Position numbers and translations under genes: made by a program
The notes under the pieces: generated by a model
What the model was told of the DNA's origin: nothing
Seen by the model: the letters and a program-made list of their open reading frames with translations, nothing else
Database searches by the model: none
DNA from: Ureaplasma parvum serovar 3 str. ATCC 27815
Lineage (GTDB): Bacteria > Bacillota_I > Bacilli_A > Mycoplasmatales > Mycoplasmoidaceae
Length of the DNA: 32,000 nt
Assembly (NCBI RefSeq): GCF_000019345.1
Contig: NC_010503.1
Location: 270,001-302,000, forward strand
Direction: 5' to 3'
Shown: in pieces, positions 21,392 through 32,000 of the stretch
Layout of the letters: every line of letters begins with the position of its first letter
Numbering within the stretch: position 1 is the stretch's first letter

Positions 21392-23257
21392 ATGAATAAA
21401 CAAAAAAGAAAAATCTCAGTATTAACTTCAATATCATTATTTTTAATTATTAGTTTAAGTATTGGGTTAGGTTTGGGATTAATAAAAAATAATGAAAATT
21501 CCATCACTTCTAAAGTTCAAAAAAGTAGCAATTTTTTTATTAATGATTTATCAAAACAATTGTTTTTAGATGTTTTTAATCAAGATAAATTAGAATTAAA
21601 TGCTTATATGTATGATCAAAATAATGTATCAGATCAACAATTATTAGATTTAAAATTTGCTTTAACATTATTAAATCCTAACAGATTAGATATTAATGAT
21701 GACGATACAATTGCCATTATGAAAAATAATGCTAAAAAAATTATTTTTCAAAGTTTATCTAATAATTGATACTGATTATTTACCAATTTAAAGAGTTTAG
21801 AATTTTCTTACACTCCTTATAAACCTAATTTTTATGCCCCCTATATAAATGAAAAACAAGATTTTACTAAATCATCAATTTTTGACAAAGTTATTAATAT
21901 TAATAAACCCTTAACAAATTACATAAAAATTAAGCAAAAATTATTCGATAAAGAAAATTATCGTAGTGTTGATGTTTATTATTTGCAATTTGGTGATCAC
22001 TTAATCTTACGTTTATTAAAATTTAATAAAAAAAATCATTTTGATGTTCGATTTGATACAGATCTTTTTCAATTCAATAAACCAATTATAAATTTGGAAT
22101 TAATAGCAAAAGAAATGCAAACAAGTATTGATTATCATCGAGAAGATAATTTTAAAAAAGATATTTTAGATTATAAAAAAAATTATGAAGATTATTTATA
22201 TTATGATGAAAAGCTTAACTCAAGTATTTATCAACAGGGATTAGATAAAATAAATAAAGAATATTATGAAGTCAATAATTTTAATTTTTTTAATACTAAA
22301 AAACCACTTTTTCAAAAATTTAGTTATCAAATGTTTTTAGAATTAAAAGATAAGTTGGGTTTTAAACGTTATGTTTTAAGAAATATTGATCAAAAAGAAG
22401 TTAGAGCACGTGATCATTTTAATGACAATGAAAAAAAACAACAAAATAAGAATTATTTTAGATCTTTTGATAAAGAATTGAATTATTTTCAAAAATATAT
22501 TGATCATAATTTAGATATTAATATTAATAAAATTTCAAAGGAAGCATATATTACACAAAAAATAATTAAAAATCTTTTATTAGATGCTTTCAATAATAAT
22601 GATGTTCAAATTACAAAATATCTAATTCAACAAAATGATAAGGAATACCAAAATAAATTAATTAAACAATTAATAGAATTTAGTAATTATTTTAAAAACC
22701 AAAAAACACCAAGAGATTCTAATGAATATAAGCAAAAATTAAATGATTATGAAAAAATATTTTCACAAAATTGGTATTTTATTTTAATGAATTTAAAGCA
22801 CTTTGAATTAAGTTTTAATAATTGATTTACTTTACCAAAACAAATAAATCCTATTACTAAAGAGATGTTAGGACCAAGTGAAAAATATTTAAAAAGGTTA
22901 AAAAAACTTAAACCATATGAGGATTATTATTTCATTAATAATTATTTAGAAAAAAAACAAGAAGGAGATACTTCAATGTTGATTGGTTCATTTAAGGATT
23001 TATATATTACAAAAAATCAATCTATTTTTAATATTAAGATCGATTTTTCAAGTAGTGAAAACAGATTAAGTTTAAATCCTTTGATTTATTTTTTTCCTAA
23101 AACTAAAAATAAATTATCAGTTGATTTAATCACATCAATTTTTCATCAAGCTATATTTCACCAAAATAAAGAATACTATCAATTGTTTGAAACTGATATG
23201 ATTGATAAATATGAATATGGTATCCCAGCCCAAATGTTACTTTTATGAAGGGAATAG
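21392..23257 (+). CDS. Surface-anchored protein, 'aromatic cluster' type, unknown function (621 aa)
   Basis: Single frame after TGA=Trp: N-terminal hydrophobic signal/anchor MNKQKRKISVLTSISLFLIISLSIGLGLGL, aromatic motifs NNWYWLFTNLKSLEF and SQNWYFILMNLKHFELSFNNWF, ends MLLLWRE*. Confidence 0.8.
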
Positions 23258-23263
23258 TAATTA

Positions 23264-24559
23264 ATGTTTATTTTTTTTAAAAAAAATCATCTACTAAAAT
23301 TAAGTTTATTTTTTATTCCTCTAACATTAATTTCAATCCTTATCACCTCATGTAGCACATCAAATTTAAAAAAACAACAGATATTAACAAATAATGAAAT
23401 TAGTTTTTTTATGGATAAATCCCAAAATTGTTATGTTGGTTTAATTGTTGATCAGACATTAAAAAATGATAAAAAAACTATTTTTAACGTTAGTTTAATT
23501 GATGAAAAAAATACGAAGTTAAATTTATTAGTTAAAGATTATCAAATTAAAGATAACAAAATTTTAATTAGATTACCGCGTTTAATAAAACTTAATGATC
23601 ATTTAATTATTACAAGCAATAATGCTTCATTCATACCTATTAGAAAAATAATTAATATTGATAATTTAATTGATTTGAATATAATCAGAACAAATAATCA
23701 AACACAAGATTCTTGAATAGCTTTTTTAAATAACAAAGTGATTAATAATCTTTTAATAACTATTTTTCCTAATAAAAAAGACCGTGATGAATATATTAAA
23801 TCACAACAAGAAATTAAAATAGAATATGCTCATGAAATAGCGAATTGATTAAATTATTATAACACAGTGCAAAATGATGCTAATAAAGCAGCAGTATTTA
23901 ATGAAAATACAGCTAGAAGTAAACTTAATAACAATCTTTTTAATAATGTATCATTAAGCAATCCATTTGCTTATGAACAAGCACGTAAGTTTCACAATAC
24001 ATTATTTAATAAAAATTGATTGTGATTTTTATTTAATTTAAAAAGACAAATTTTCATGTTATATCCTGATGATAATTTATTTCAAGAATCGAGCGAGGAA
24101 ACAGCAGAAGGATTAAAAGATTCAAAAATCAATAATCGTAGTTCTTTTTATCGTGCTCAATCGAATGAATTTATTGATGGGTTATATGTTGTAGAAAGTT
24201 CTAATTTAAATAAAAAACCAGAAGAATTAGATGAATATACTGATTTTAGTAAAACAGCTAAATTTACTCTGTTGAATAATGAAGGTTTTGTTTTTACAAT
24301 CTCCATTGAAGAAAATTATGATAAAACCAAAAAACTAATTTCGCGTAAAGTTAGTTTGTTGCCATGAATTAAAACTTTACCAAGATTAATGTTTAATGAT
24401 CATGTAATAAAACAAGAATTTAATTTAGCTAATTATACTGAAAATTCATACGATTACAATGCTGTTAATTTTCATTCACCTCTTGAAATTAAAGTTTATG
24501 AAGATCAATTTGGCGGAAAAGCAATTCGTTTTTCATTTGTTGATATTGATCCTAATTAA
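23264..24559 (+). CDS. Lipoprotein with aromatic cluster motif, unknown function
   Basis: MFIFFKKNHLLKLSLFFIPLTLISILITSCSTS (lipobox ITSC); NKNWLWFLFNLKRQIF motif; joined track ORFs 23264..23716 and 24056..24367 plus flanks, stop TAA 24557-24559. Confidence 0.8.
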
Positions 24560-24625
24560 TATGAATTAGAAGTGTTATTTTTATTTCTTTTTATTATAAT
24601 TTAATTAGAAAAGAAGTATAAAAAT

Positions 24626-25033
24626 ATGAACAATTACATACAGCAAGTTATTGATTATGTTAATGATAAAACCTATAAAAATAAGACATATTTTATAAAG
24701 AAATATGCATTTGCTTTTTTGACTTCATTAATAATTTTTATTTTTTTATTAGTATTTGGTTTATCAAATTATTTTAATCCTTTGGTTAGTTTAGTTGGTG
24801 TTGTATTAATTTTTAGTGTTTTAGTTGTCTTTTGTATTCATATAAAAATTATCAATAATTATAGTTTAAATTTATTAAAATGACTACGTAATCAAAAAGA
24901 ATTATCTTATAAGTATATTATTAATATTCTTGATTTTATTTTAAATAAACAATTATATTTAAACTTAACAATTATAGAAGTCCAACAAATTTGCATAGAT
25001 TTGGAAGAATTTAAAAAAACAAATGTCATTTAA
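24626..25033 (+). CDS. Small membrane protein (135 aa), unknown function
   Basis: MNNYIQQVIDYVNDKTYKNKTYFIKKYAFAFLTSLIIFIFLLVFGLSNYFNPLVSLVGVVLIFSVLVVFCIHIKIINNYSLNLLKWLRNQKE...KTNVI*; two TM segments; overlaps the next gene by 11 nt. Confidence 0.75.
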
Positions 25034-25610
25034 AACAATTGCATATACCCAAAAAAATATAAAAATTATTAAAAAATCAAAATTTATAACGATCGTTGAA
25101 CCTATTAGCGATAAAAATGAAGTTCAATCATTATTTAAAAAATATAAAGAACAATATTACGATGCAACGCACATTTGTTTTGCTTATGTGATAGGTCGTG
25201 AATTTAATTATATGAAAGCATATGATGATGGTGAACCAAATGGAACAGCTGGAATACCTATTTTAAATATCATTAAGATCAAATCATTAACCAATGTGAT
25301 TATATTTGTTGTACGTTATTTTGGTGGCATTAAATTAGGCACTGGAGGATTAATTCGTGCTTATTCACAATGTGCTAAAGAAATTATAGATAACTGTGAA
25401 ATAATAATTTTACAAAAATATTTTTACTATAAAGTTGTTTATAAGCTAAAAAATACTAAATTTGCAAAGCAAATTTTAACATCAATTAGTTATGAAAAAC
25501 TAATAGAGAGTTATGAAGATGATAGAGTTATTTTAAAAATCCGAATTAACACCAAAATTAATATATTTATGTCTAAGATTGAATTTATTTTTATAAAACA
25601 TGATTATTAA
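25023..25610 (+). CDS. YigZ / IMPACT (UPF0029) family protein
   Basis: DATHICFAYVIG...KAYDDGEPNGTAGIPILNIIKIKSLTNVIIFVVRYFGGIKLGTGGLIRAYSQCAKEII signature. Confidence 0.93.
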   Translation: MSFKTIAYTQKNIKIIKKSKFITIVEPISDKNEVQSLFKKYKEQYYDATHICFAYVIGREFNYMKAYDDGEPNGTAGIPILNIIKIKSLTNVIIFVVRYFGGIKLGTGGLIRAYSQCAKEIIDNCEIIILQKYFYYKVVYKLKNTKFAKQILTSISYEKLIESYEDDRVILKIRINTKINIFMSKIEFIFIKHDY

Positions 25611-25617
25611 TAATGTT

Positions 25618-27402
25618 TTACTCTAAAGGATTAGTTAACGCGTATTTTTTACATATTTCACCAATTGTTCTCTCTATTCTAAAAAACAATCTTGCTGTAT
25701 CATATTCATTTTTTAAATGATTAGGAACTTGTTTTGTTAATATAAACATTTCATCACTATTTTTAATTTTTTCACCTTTATCATCTGTTTTATAGTCAGA
25801 ATAATAATAAAAATTATCTCTTTTTTGATTAAAAGGTTCATAGATATTAGTGTAATGATATTTAAAATTATAAAGTTCTTCTAATTTTGAAACATCGTTT
25901 GCTGAATCACTTTTTGATTTAATTTGATCAATAATAGGTTTAATTATCTTTTCTTTATAATATTGAAAAACATCTGGTAATTGATTTAAATAGTAATTAG
26001 ATCAATACATTAATTCACCAAATTCTTCTTGGGGATAAAAACCATAACCAACGGCTTTAATATATGGAACAATTTGCTCAACATCATCTTTGACAACGCT
26101 ATCATAAAATCTAGAAAGTTTTTGATTAGCATTACGTGCTTTTTTCTCAATTTCGTTTGTTAAATCTTTTAATTTTTTAATTAAGAGGTAGTATTTACCT
26201 TTTTTTGAAAGAGAATTAGGATCTATTGATGGTTGTCAATTATCTAACATTGAAGTTTTGGACTTAATAGTAAAAAATAGACCCGAAAAATTGGCTGCGT
26301 CTAAACTATCTCTAATAAGTGCTTGACCATATAATTTTCATTTTTCTATTAATTGTTTTAATTCTAGAGATTTAGTGTTTATAAATTTTTGTTTTGCTAA
26401 ATCTTCAATTTTTAATGCTAATCCATATCAAATAGCAACATTAGTATTATCCATTAAAGTTTGATATATAAACTTTTTACCTAAAATATCTTCTTTTCAT
26501 GTATCTCAAAAATCTTGATTATTTTTGTGGCCATTTTGTTTAATATATTGTGAAACTTTTTTATGTTCTTGGATTTCTCTTTTAATATTATCGATTTTAT
26601 TTTCAATTAATTTTCTGTTTAATATACTCTGTAGTACTGAAGAAATATTTTCATGAAGTTGATTAGCTTCATGAAATAATTCCATAATTTCTCTATTGTA
26701 TAACTTATAATATTCTTCACCATTATCAATTTTTTCAAAATAATTATGTTTTAAATTTTTAACATCAGATTTAATATTTTTGATTTTATTAGCTTCATCA
26801 TTAATTGTTTTTTTATAAAGACCATCGTATGATTCAATCATTTTTTTATATCTTAATTTGATATCATCAATATTTTCATTATCAGGAATTTGATTATAAT
26901 TAGTTAAAATTTCTTCAATATTATTTTTGATATGATCGATATCATGAATAATTTTGTTTTTATTTTTAAAATTTAAAAAATCGGCTTGTCTTTTTTTTAT
27001 TAATTTAACAAAGTTATCAATTTTAATTAATCATGATTCATATTCTTGTGTTTTTTCTTTTAAAAGATAATTAAAATCTTTTATTAATTTATATAATTCA
27101 TAATAAGTAAATGCTAATAATTCATTCTCACTATTTTCATTTAAATTTAAATTCACCAAGTAATTAATATAATTATTGATTATATCTGCTTTATTAAGAA
27201 GATAATTGTATTTATGATTATTTTTAAGAACAAAATCAACTTTAGAACTAGCTTCTTCTTTAATTTTCAAATAAAGATTAAAGAAATTTTTATTGTCTTC
27301 TTTTTTAATTTTTGTTAATGAGCAACTCAAAATTATAGGAATTGGTGTAACTATAACTCCTATAAATGATAATAAAAAAGTTCTTTTAAAATTTATTTTC
27401 AT
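25618..27402 (-). CDS. Lipoprotein of unknown function (594 aa)
   Basis: MKINFKRTFLLSFIGVIVTPIPIILSCSLTK (lipobox ILSC); open through in-frame TGA codons to TAA (plus-strand tta 25618-25620), C-term ...RIERTIGEICKKYALTNPLE*. Confidence 0.8.
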
Positions 27403-27431
27403 AATGTAAAATATCCATTAGTTTTAATATC

Positions 27432-27451
27432 ATATATATATATATATATAT
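27432..27451. repeat. (AT)10 dinucleotide tract upstream of lipoprotein gene
   Basis: 20 consecutive nt of alternating AT, 30 nt upstream of the minus-strand start codon at 27402. Confidence 0.9.
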
Positions 27452-27572
27452 TAGTTCTTTATATAAATACAGATATTGACTAATATGAATTATATTATAT
27501 TTCTACACAAAAATTCAATTTAAATGTTTATTTAAAGTTAGGTATGAATTTAATAAAATCATTTACCTTTTT

Positions 27573-27600
27573 AAAAAACTAACTTTATTATTAAAGTTAG
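27573..27600 (-). terminator. Intrinsic terminator of the P-type ATPase gene
   Basis: CTAACTTTA (27579-27587) / TAAAGTTAG (27592-27600); A6 on plus (27573-27578) = U-tract on minus. Confidence 0.8.
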
Positions 27601-27612
27601 TTAGGTTTATTT

Positions 27613-30597
27613 TTATATTTCTTTATGGCATTTATTTATTAAAATTTTTCTTTTAATAATTAAATTATTCAACAATGCCTTGTAATACTGTTTTTCATAA
27701 CTAATTTTTGTATTATTAATTTTTAAATTTGTTGATTGTATTTCTTGGTTTAATAATGCATAAGTTTTATTTTTATAATCAAAAGTACTACGTAGTTTTA
27801 AATATCTAAAATATTTGATAATTTCAAAAATACTTAAAGGTATTGCAAAAAGAACAAATGGAAGAATATTAAATCACTCATAACCGTTTATGTTGTATGG
27901 ATTCATATTGAATATTTGATTTAAATGAGGAGTATAAGCGATAACAATAATCATAACTATTGATATTAATATTGAATAAACAACGTATTTACAGTTTTCT
28001 CAAAAATTAACGAATACTGAATGATTTGTTCTTAAGCTTAATGCATTAAACGTTAAGCTCATTCCCATAAAAACAAATGTTAAAGACGAACCAGCCATAA
28101 TCGCTGTTTTTATGGTTAAAATTTTTTCATGAATAATATTGGAAATTTCGTGATTTTGCCCAAATCAACTTCATGTGTCTTGATATATCTTTTCAAGATT
28201 AGTAAGTTCTTTAAACTCGTTTCTCATTAGCATAAAGTCAAAATTAAAGTGTGAAGAAGCTCCTAAATAAAATAATAAAATAGAAATTAAACCAACAAAA
28301 AAACCATTGGTAAAAATAGTAGCTCACATTCTTTTATTAACAATCGGTGCTGATTTTTTTAATGGTTTGTGTCGCATTAAATTAACATCCGCTAAATGTA
28401 ACCCTAATGCTATTCCAGGTAAAGTTTCAGCAATTACATTAATTCATAATATTTGTAGTGATGACATAGGATTAATTCCTAGAATAATAATTCCAAATAT
28501 TAATGAAACTAATCCAGATAAATTAGTGATCAATAATAAAACAATAATACGTTTAATGTTGTCCATAATAGAACGTCCTAAACTAACAGCATTAATAATT
28601 GTTGCGAAATTATCATCAATTAATATCATATCACTTGATGCTTTTGAAACATCAGTTCCAGTTATACCCATTGCGCATCCAATGTCAGCAGCTTTTAGTG
28701 CAGGTGCATCATTGACACCATCTCCAGTCATACTTACTACTTTATCATGGTGCTGTCAAGCTTTAACAATACGGATTTTATCTGTTGGAGAAACTCGGGC
28801 ATAAACACTATAACGATCAATATTATTTATTAATTCATTATCACTCATCATATTCAATTCATTACCATTCAAAACTTCTTGTCCTTCGTTTAAAATACCA
28901 ACTTGTTTAGCAATGGCTGATGCTGTATTAATATGATCGCCAGTAATCATTATCGGACGGATTCCAGCTTTAATAGCAATTTTTACTGCCTCTTGTGTTT
29001 CAGGACGAGGCGGATCTATCATACCGATTAGACCAACAAATTCTAAACATTTTTCAAGTTCATCTTGGTTAAAATTAGTTGGTATAGATGATAGTTTTTT
29101 AATTGCAACACATAAAATTCTTAAAGCTTGTTTACTTAAAAAATCATTTGCTTCATAAACATCTTTTGTAATTGGATTTTGAACAATTTTGTCAATAGCA
29201 TCAATTGCTCCTTTAGTAATTAAATAATAATCACTTTGATGTTTTACAACAACACTCATTAATTTTCGAGTTGAATCAAATGGAAATTCATGAATTCTAA
29301 TAAATTCTTGATCTAATTTATATTTATCTATGTTTAATTTTAAAGCAGCTTCAATGATACAAGTTTCTGTAGGGTCGCCAATAAACTCATATTCTTGTTT
29401 TTTTTCATTAAAATTTTTAATTCCATTATTTGCTATAGTAGCTCATTTAATTAAATTAAAAACACTCTCATTATCAATTAAATCTGTTATTTTTAATTTA
29501 TTAGTGAAAACTTTAGTAACAGTCATTTTGTTTTGTGTTAAGGTTCCTGTTTTATCAGAACAAATAACATTAGCACTTCCTAGAGTTTCAACAGCTGGCA
29601 AACGTTTAATTAAAGCATTTTGTTTTGCCATTTCTTTAATACCGAATGATAAAACAATTGTTACAATTGCCACAATTCCTTCAGGAATAGCTGCTATAGA
29701 TAATGAAATAGCCATTATTAAAGCGGGATGTCAACTAATATTTCAATTTCCATCTCCAATTAAATAAATATAAATAATAAATACTGCAATACATAAAATA
29801 GAAGCAAATAGACCTATAATTTTAGATAACTTATTAATTTTTTTTTGTAAAGGCGTTAATTTAGTTTTTTGATCATTAATTAATTTGGCTATTTTACCAA
29901 TTTCAGTATTCATACCGATATTAGTAACAATTGCTTTTGCTGTTCCATTAGTAATATATGTTCCAGAAAAAATTTGATTTAAACAGTCGCCAATTACTGT
30001 ATTTTTTTTAACAATTGCCTTGGCATTTTTTACAACTGGTAAAGATTCTCCTGTTAAAATAGCTTCATCTACTTCAAGTGATGAGCTGTTCACTAATAAA
30101 GCATCAGCTGGGACTTGATCACCAGCTTCTAAAATCAAAACATCACCCATTACAACTTGGTTAGAATTAATAATTCTAATTTGATTATTACGTAATACTT
30201 TGACCTGATGAGACGCTAATTTAGACAATGCATCCGTATTTTTTTCAGCTTTCACTTCTTGAATGGTACCAAAAATTGCATTTAACAATAAAATAAAACA
30301 TATTATTCCAAATTCTACATATTGAACAACTAATTCAGCTGTATCATGAGGAGGTTTAATAATCACTAAAGCTAAAGTAACAGCAGCAGCGATTACAAGT
30401 AAAATAACCATAAAATCTAAAAACTGCTTTAAAAATTTTGTAATAATGTGGGATTTTTTTTTCTTTTTGATTTCATTAAAACCATAAATTTGACGACTTT
30501 TTAAAACCTGCTCATCATTTAGACCTGTTGATGGATTTATATTTTCTGGATCAAATGACATAAAGGAGTCGGTTTGATTTTCATTATTTTTTTTCAC
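27613..30597 (-). CDS. Cation-transporting P-type ATPase (type II, Ca2+-ATPase-like), 994 aa
   Basis: GTG start with GGAGG RBS; [70 protein letters not shown]; [22 protein letters not shown]; joined across TGA codons. Confidence 0.95.
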
Positions 30598-30652
30598 TTA
30601 AAACCTCCATTGGTTTTTAAATTAAACTATAAGAAAATTATTAAAATTTAAC

Positions 30653-30688
30653 TTAGTCATTTATTATAATATATAACTGTATGACTAA
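30653..30688. promoter_or_regulatory. Inverted repeat in the ATPase / UPF0154 divergent promoter region
   Basis: TTAGTCAT (30653-30660) - 20 nt - ATGACTAA (30681-30688), surrounding TATAAT 30665-30670. Confidence 0.5.
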
Positions 30689-30747
30689 ATATTATATTTA
30701 ATAATGTCAATTAAGTAAATAAAAAGTAATTTTTTTTAGGGGTAGTT

Positions 30748-31077
30748 ATGAATTTTTCAAGTTTTATATTTAAAGTTTCTGATGTTTTTAAATCAGTTAT
30801 TCATGAAGCTTCAGATGTTGTTACTAAAGCAGATTTAGATAATGCTAATGCACATACACATTCATTAGCAGTTGGCTTAGGTATTGGAATTGTTTTATTT
30901 TTAATCGCAGGACTTATTATCGGTTATTTTATTTCGATGAAAATTATGAAACGCCAATTGAAGAAGAATCCACCAATTTCAAAGGATACAATTCGTATGA
31001 TTTATCAACAAGTAGGACGTAAGCCAAGTGAGTCACAAATTAATGAGATTTATAATCGGGCAGTAAAACAAAAATAA
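30748..31077 (+). CDS. UPF0154 (YneF-like) membrane protein with N-terminal extension
   Basis: GLGIGIVLFLIAGLIIGYFISMKIMKRQLKKNPPISKDTIRMIYQQVGRKPSESQINEIYNRAVKQK; GGGG RBS region. Confidence 0.88.
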   Translation: MNFSSFIFKVSDVFKSVIHEASDVVTKADLDNANAHTHSLAVGLGIGIVLFLIAGLIIGYFISMKIMKRQLKKNPPISKDTIRMIYQQVGRKPSESQINEIYNRAVKQK

Positions 31078-31081
31078 ATAT

Positions 31082-31708
31082 ATGGCAAAATTTATTAAAT
31101 CTGCACACTATTTTGACCAATATCCAATTGATAAGCAGTTTGAAATATGTGTAATTGGTAGATCAAATGTCGGTAAGTCAAGTTTAATTAATGCATTAGC
31201 AAATAAAAAAATTGCAAGGACTTCAAATACGCCTGGAAGAACACAGTTAGTAAATTTTTTTGATTTCAATAATTTTAGATTGGTTGATTTACCGGGATAT
31301 GGGTTTGCAAAAGTTAGTAAAGAAAAACAAACGGATTTAGCAGCCATTATTGATCAATATTTAGGGTATCGCCAAAACTTGTGTGCTGTTTTTCAAATTT
31401 GCGATATTAACGTATTAACAAATGATGATGTAGAAATGAGTCGATATTTTGAGAATCAAAAATACGCTCATTTTGTTGTTTTAAATAAATTAGATAAAGT
31501 TAATAAATCATATTTTAATAATAACAAGCATAAAATAGCTAAATTTTTAAATATTAGCACCGATCGTTTATTATGTGTTTCTGCACAAAATAATATAAAT
31601 ATTATCACATTATTTGCGTTAATGAAAAAAGTTGTAATCCAAGCAAAACAAGAAAAAATACTTTCAAAAAAAGAGGAGAAGATGAGTAGTGAAGAAGAAA
31701 TTAAGTAA
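31082..31708 (+). CDS. engB: Ribosome biogenesis GTP-binding protein EngB/YsxC
   Basis: FEICVIGRSNVGKSSLINALANKKIARTSNTPGRTQLVNFFDFNNFRLVDLPGYGFAKVS...VVLNKLDK. Confidence 0.95.
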   Translation: MAKFIKSAHYFDQYPIDKQFEICVIGRSNVGKSSLINALANKKIARTSNTPGRTQLVNFFDFNNFRLVDLPGYGFAKVSKEKQTDLAAIIDQYLGYRQNLCAVFQICDINVLTNDDVEMSRYFENQKYAHFVVLNKLDKVNKSYFNNNKHKIAKFLNISTDRLLCVSAQNNINIITLFALMKKVVIQAKQEKILSKKEEKMSSEEEIK

Positions 31709-32000
31709 GAAGTATTCATTCAAAGAGGTTGAAGCTAATAAATTATTGTTTTGACAAGAAAATAATTTATTTAAAGCTCAAATAAATAGTACAAAAAAAC
31801 CTTTCACAATTGTTTTGCCCCCTCCTAATGTTACAGGTCATTTACATATTGGACATGCCTATGATTTTACCTTATCTGATATTTTAATGCGTTATAAGAA
31901 ACTAAAAGGATATGATTCCTTTATTATTCCTGGGACAGACCATGCAGGGATCGCAACACAGACAAAATTTGAAAAAAATTTAAAAGTAAACGCACAAACC
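31689..32000 (+). CDS. valS: Valyl-tRNA synthetase (N-terminal part, runs off window)
   Basis: Probable GTG start: [30 protein letters not shown]...[62 protein letters not shown]. Confidence 0.93.

Noticed and set aside
28307-28804. Plus-strand ORF of 165 aa antisense to the P-type ATPase
   Set aside because: The opposite strand encodes diagnostic ATPase motifs ([18 protein letters not shown]); the antisense frame stays open only because of codon bias.
29330-29767. Plus-strand ORF of 145 aa antisense to the ATPase
   Set aside because: Mirror frame of the DKTGTLT region of the ATPase; spurious.
1-32000. Search for CRISPR arrays, transposases, integrases, restriction-modification genes and toxin-antitoxin pairs
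   Set aside because: No spaced direct repeats and none of the reconstructed proteins resemble those families by eye.

Overview
This window is a mollicute chromosome segment, most consistent with Ureaplasma or a close relative. It is very AT-rich, and UGA must be read as Trp (translation table 4), so the supplied ORF track breaks most genes at in-frame TGA codons. I rebuilt the genes across those codons. Layout: a partial membrane-protein gene; a lipoprotein cluster containing a DUF1410-like lipoprotein, a small lipoprotein, an apparently frameshifted membrane-protein gene and a BMP-family lipoprotein; infC-rpmI-rplT; the S10/spc/alpha operon from rpsJ to rplQ, with secY, adk, map, infA and rpoA and without rpmD; an accessory block with two 'aromatic-cluster' surface proteins, a small membrane protein, a YigZ-family protein and a lipoprotein; a P-type cation ATPase; an UPF0154 protein; engB; and the start of valS. 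Most notable findings: (1) ribosomal protein L22 is fused through a Lys/Glu-rich linker to a C-terminal domain that resembles ASCH/PUA-like domains; (2) a lipoprotein promoter has a (TA)8 dinucleotide tract filling the spacer between TTGACA and TATAAT, which is phase-variation architecture, and a second lipoprotein has an (AT)10 tract just upstream; (3) structured leaders or operators precede rpsJ, infC, the BMP lipoprotein and the ATPase/UPF0154 divergent pair; (4) the P-type ATPase has non-canonical residues at the M5/M6 ion-site positions. No tRNA, rRNA, CRISPR or transposase was seen.
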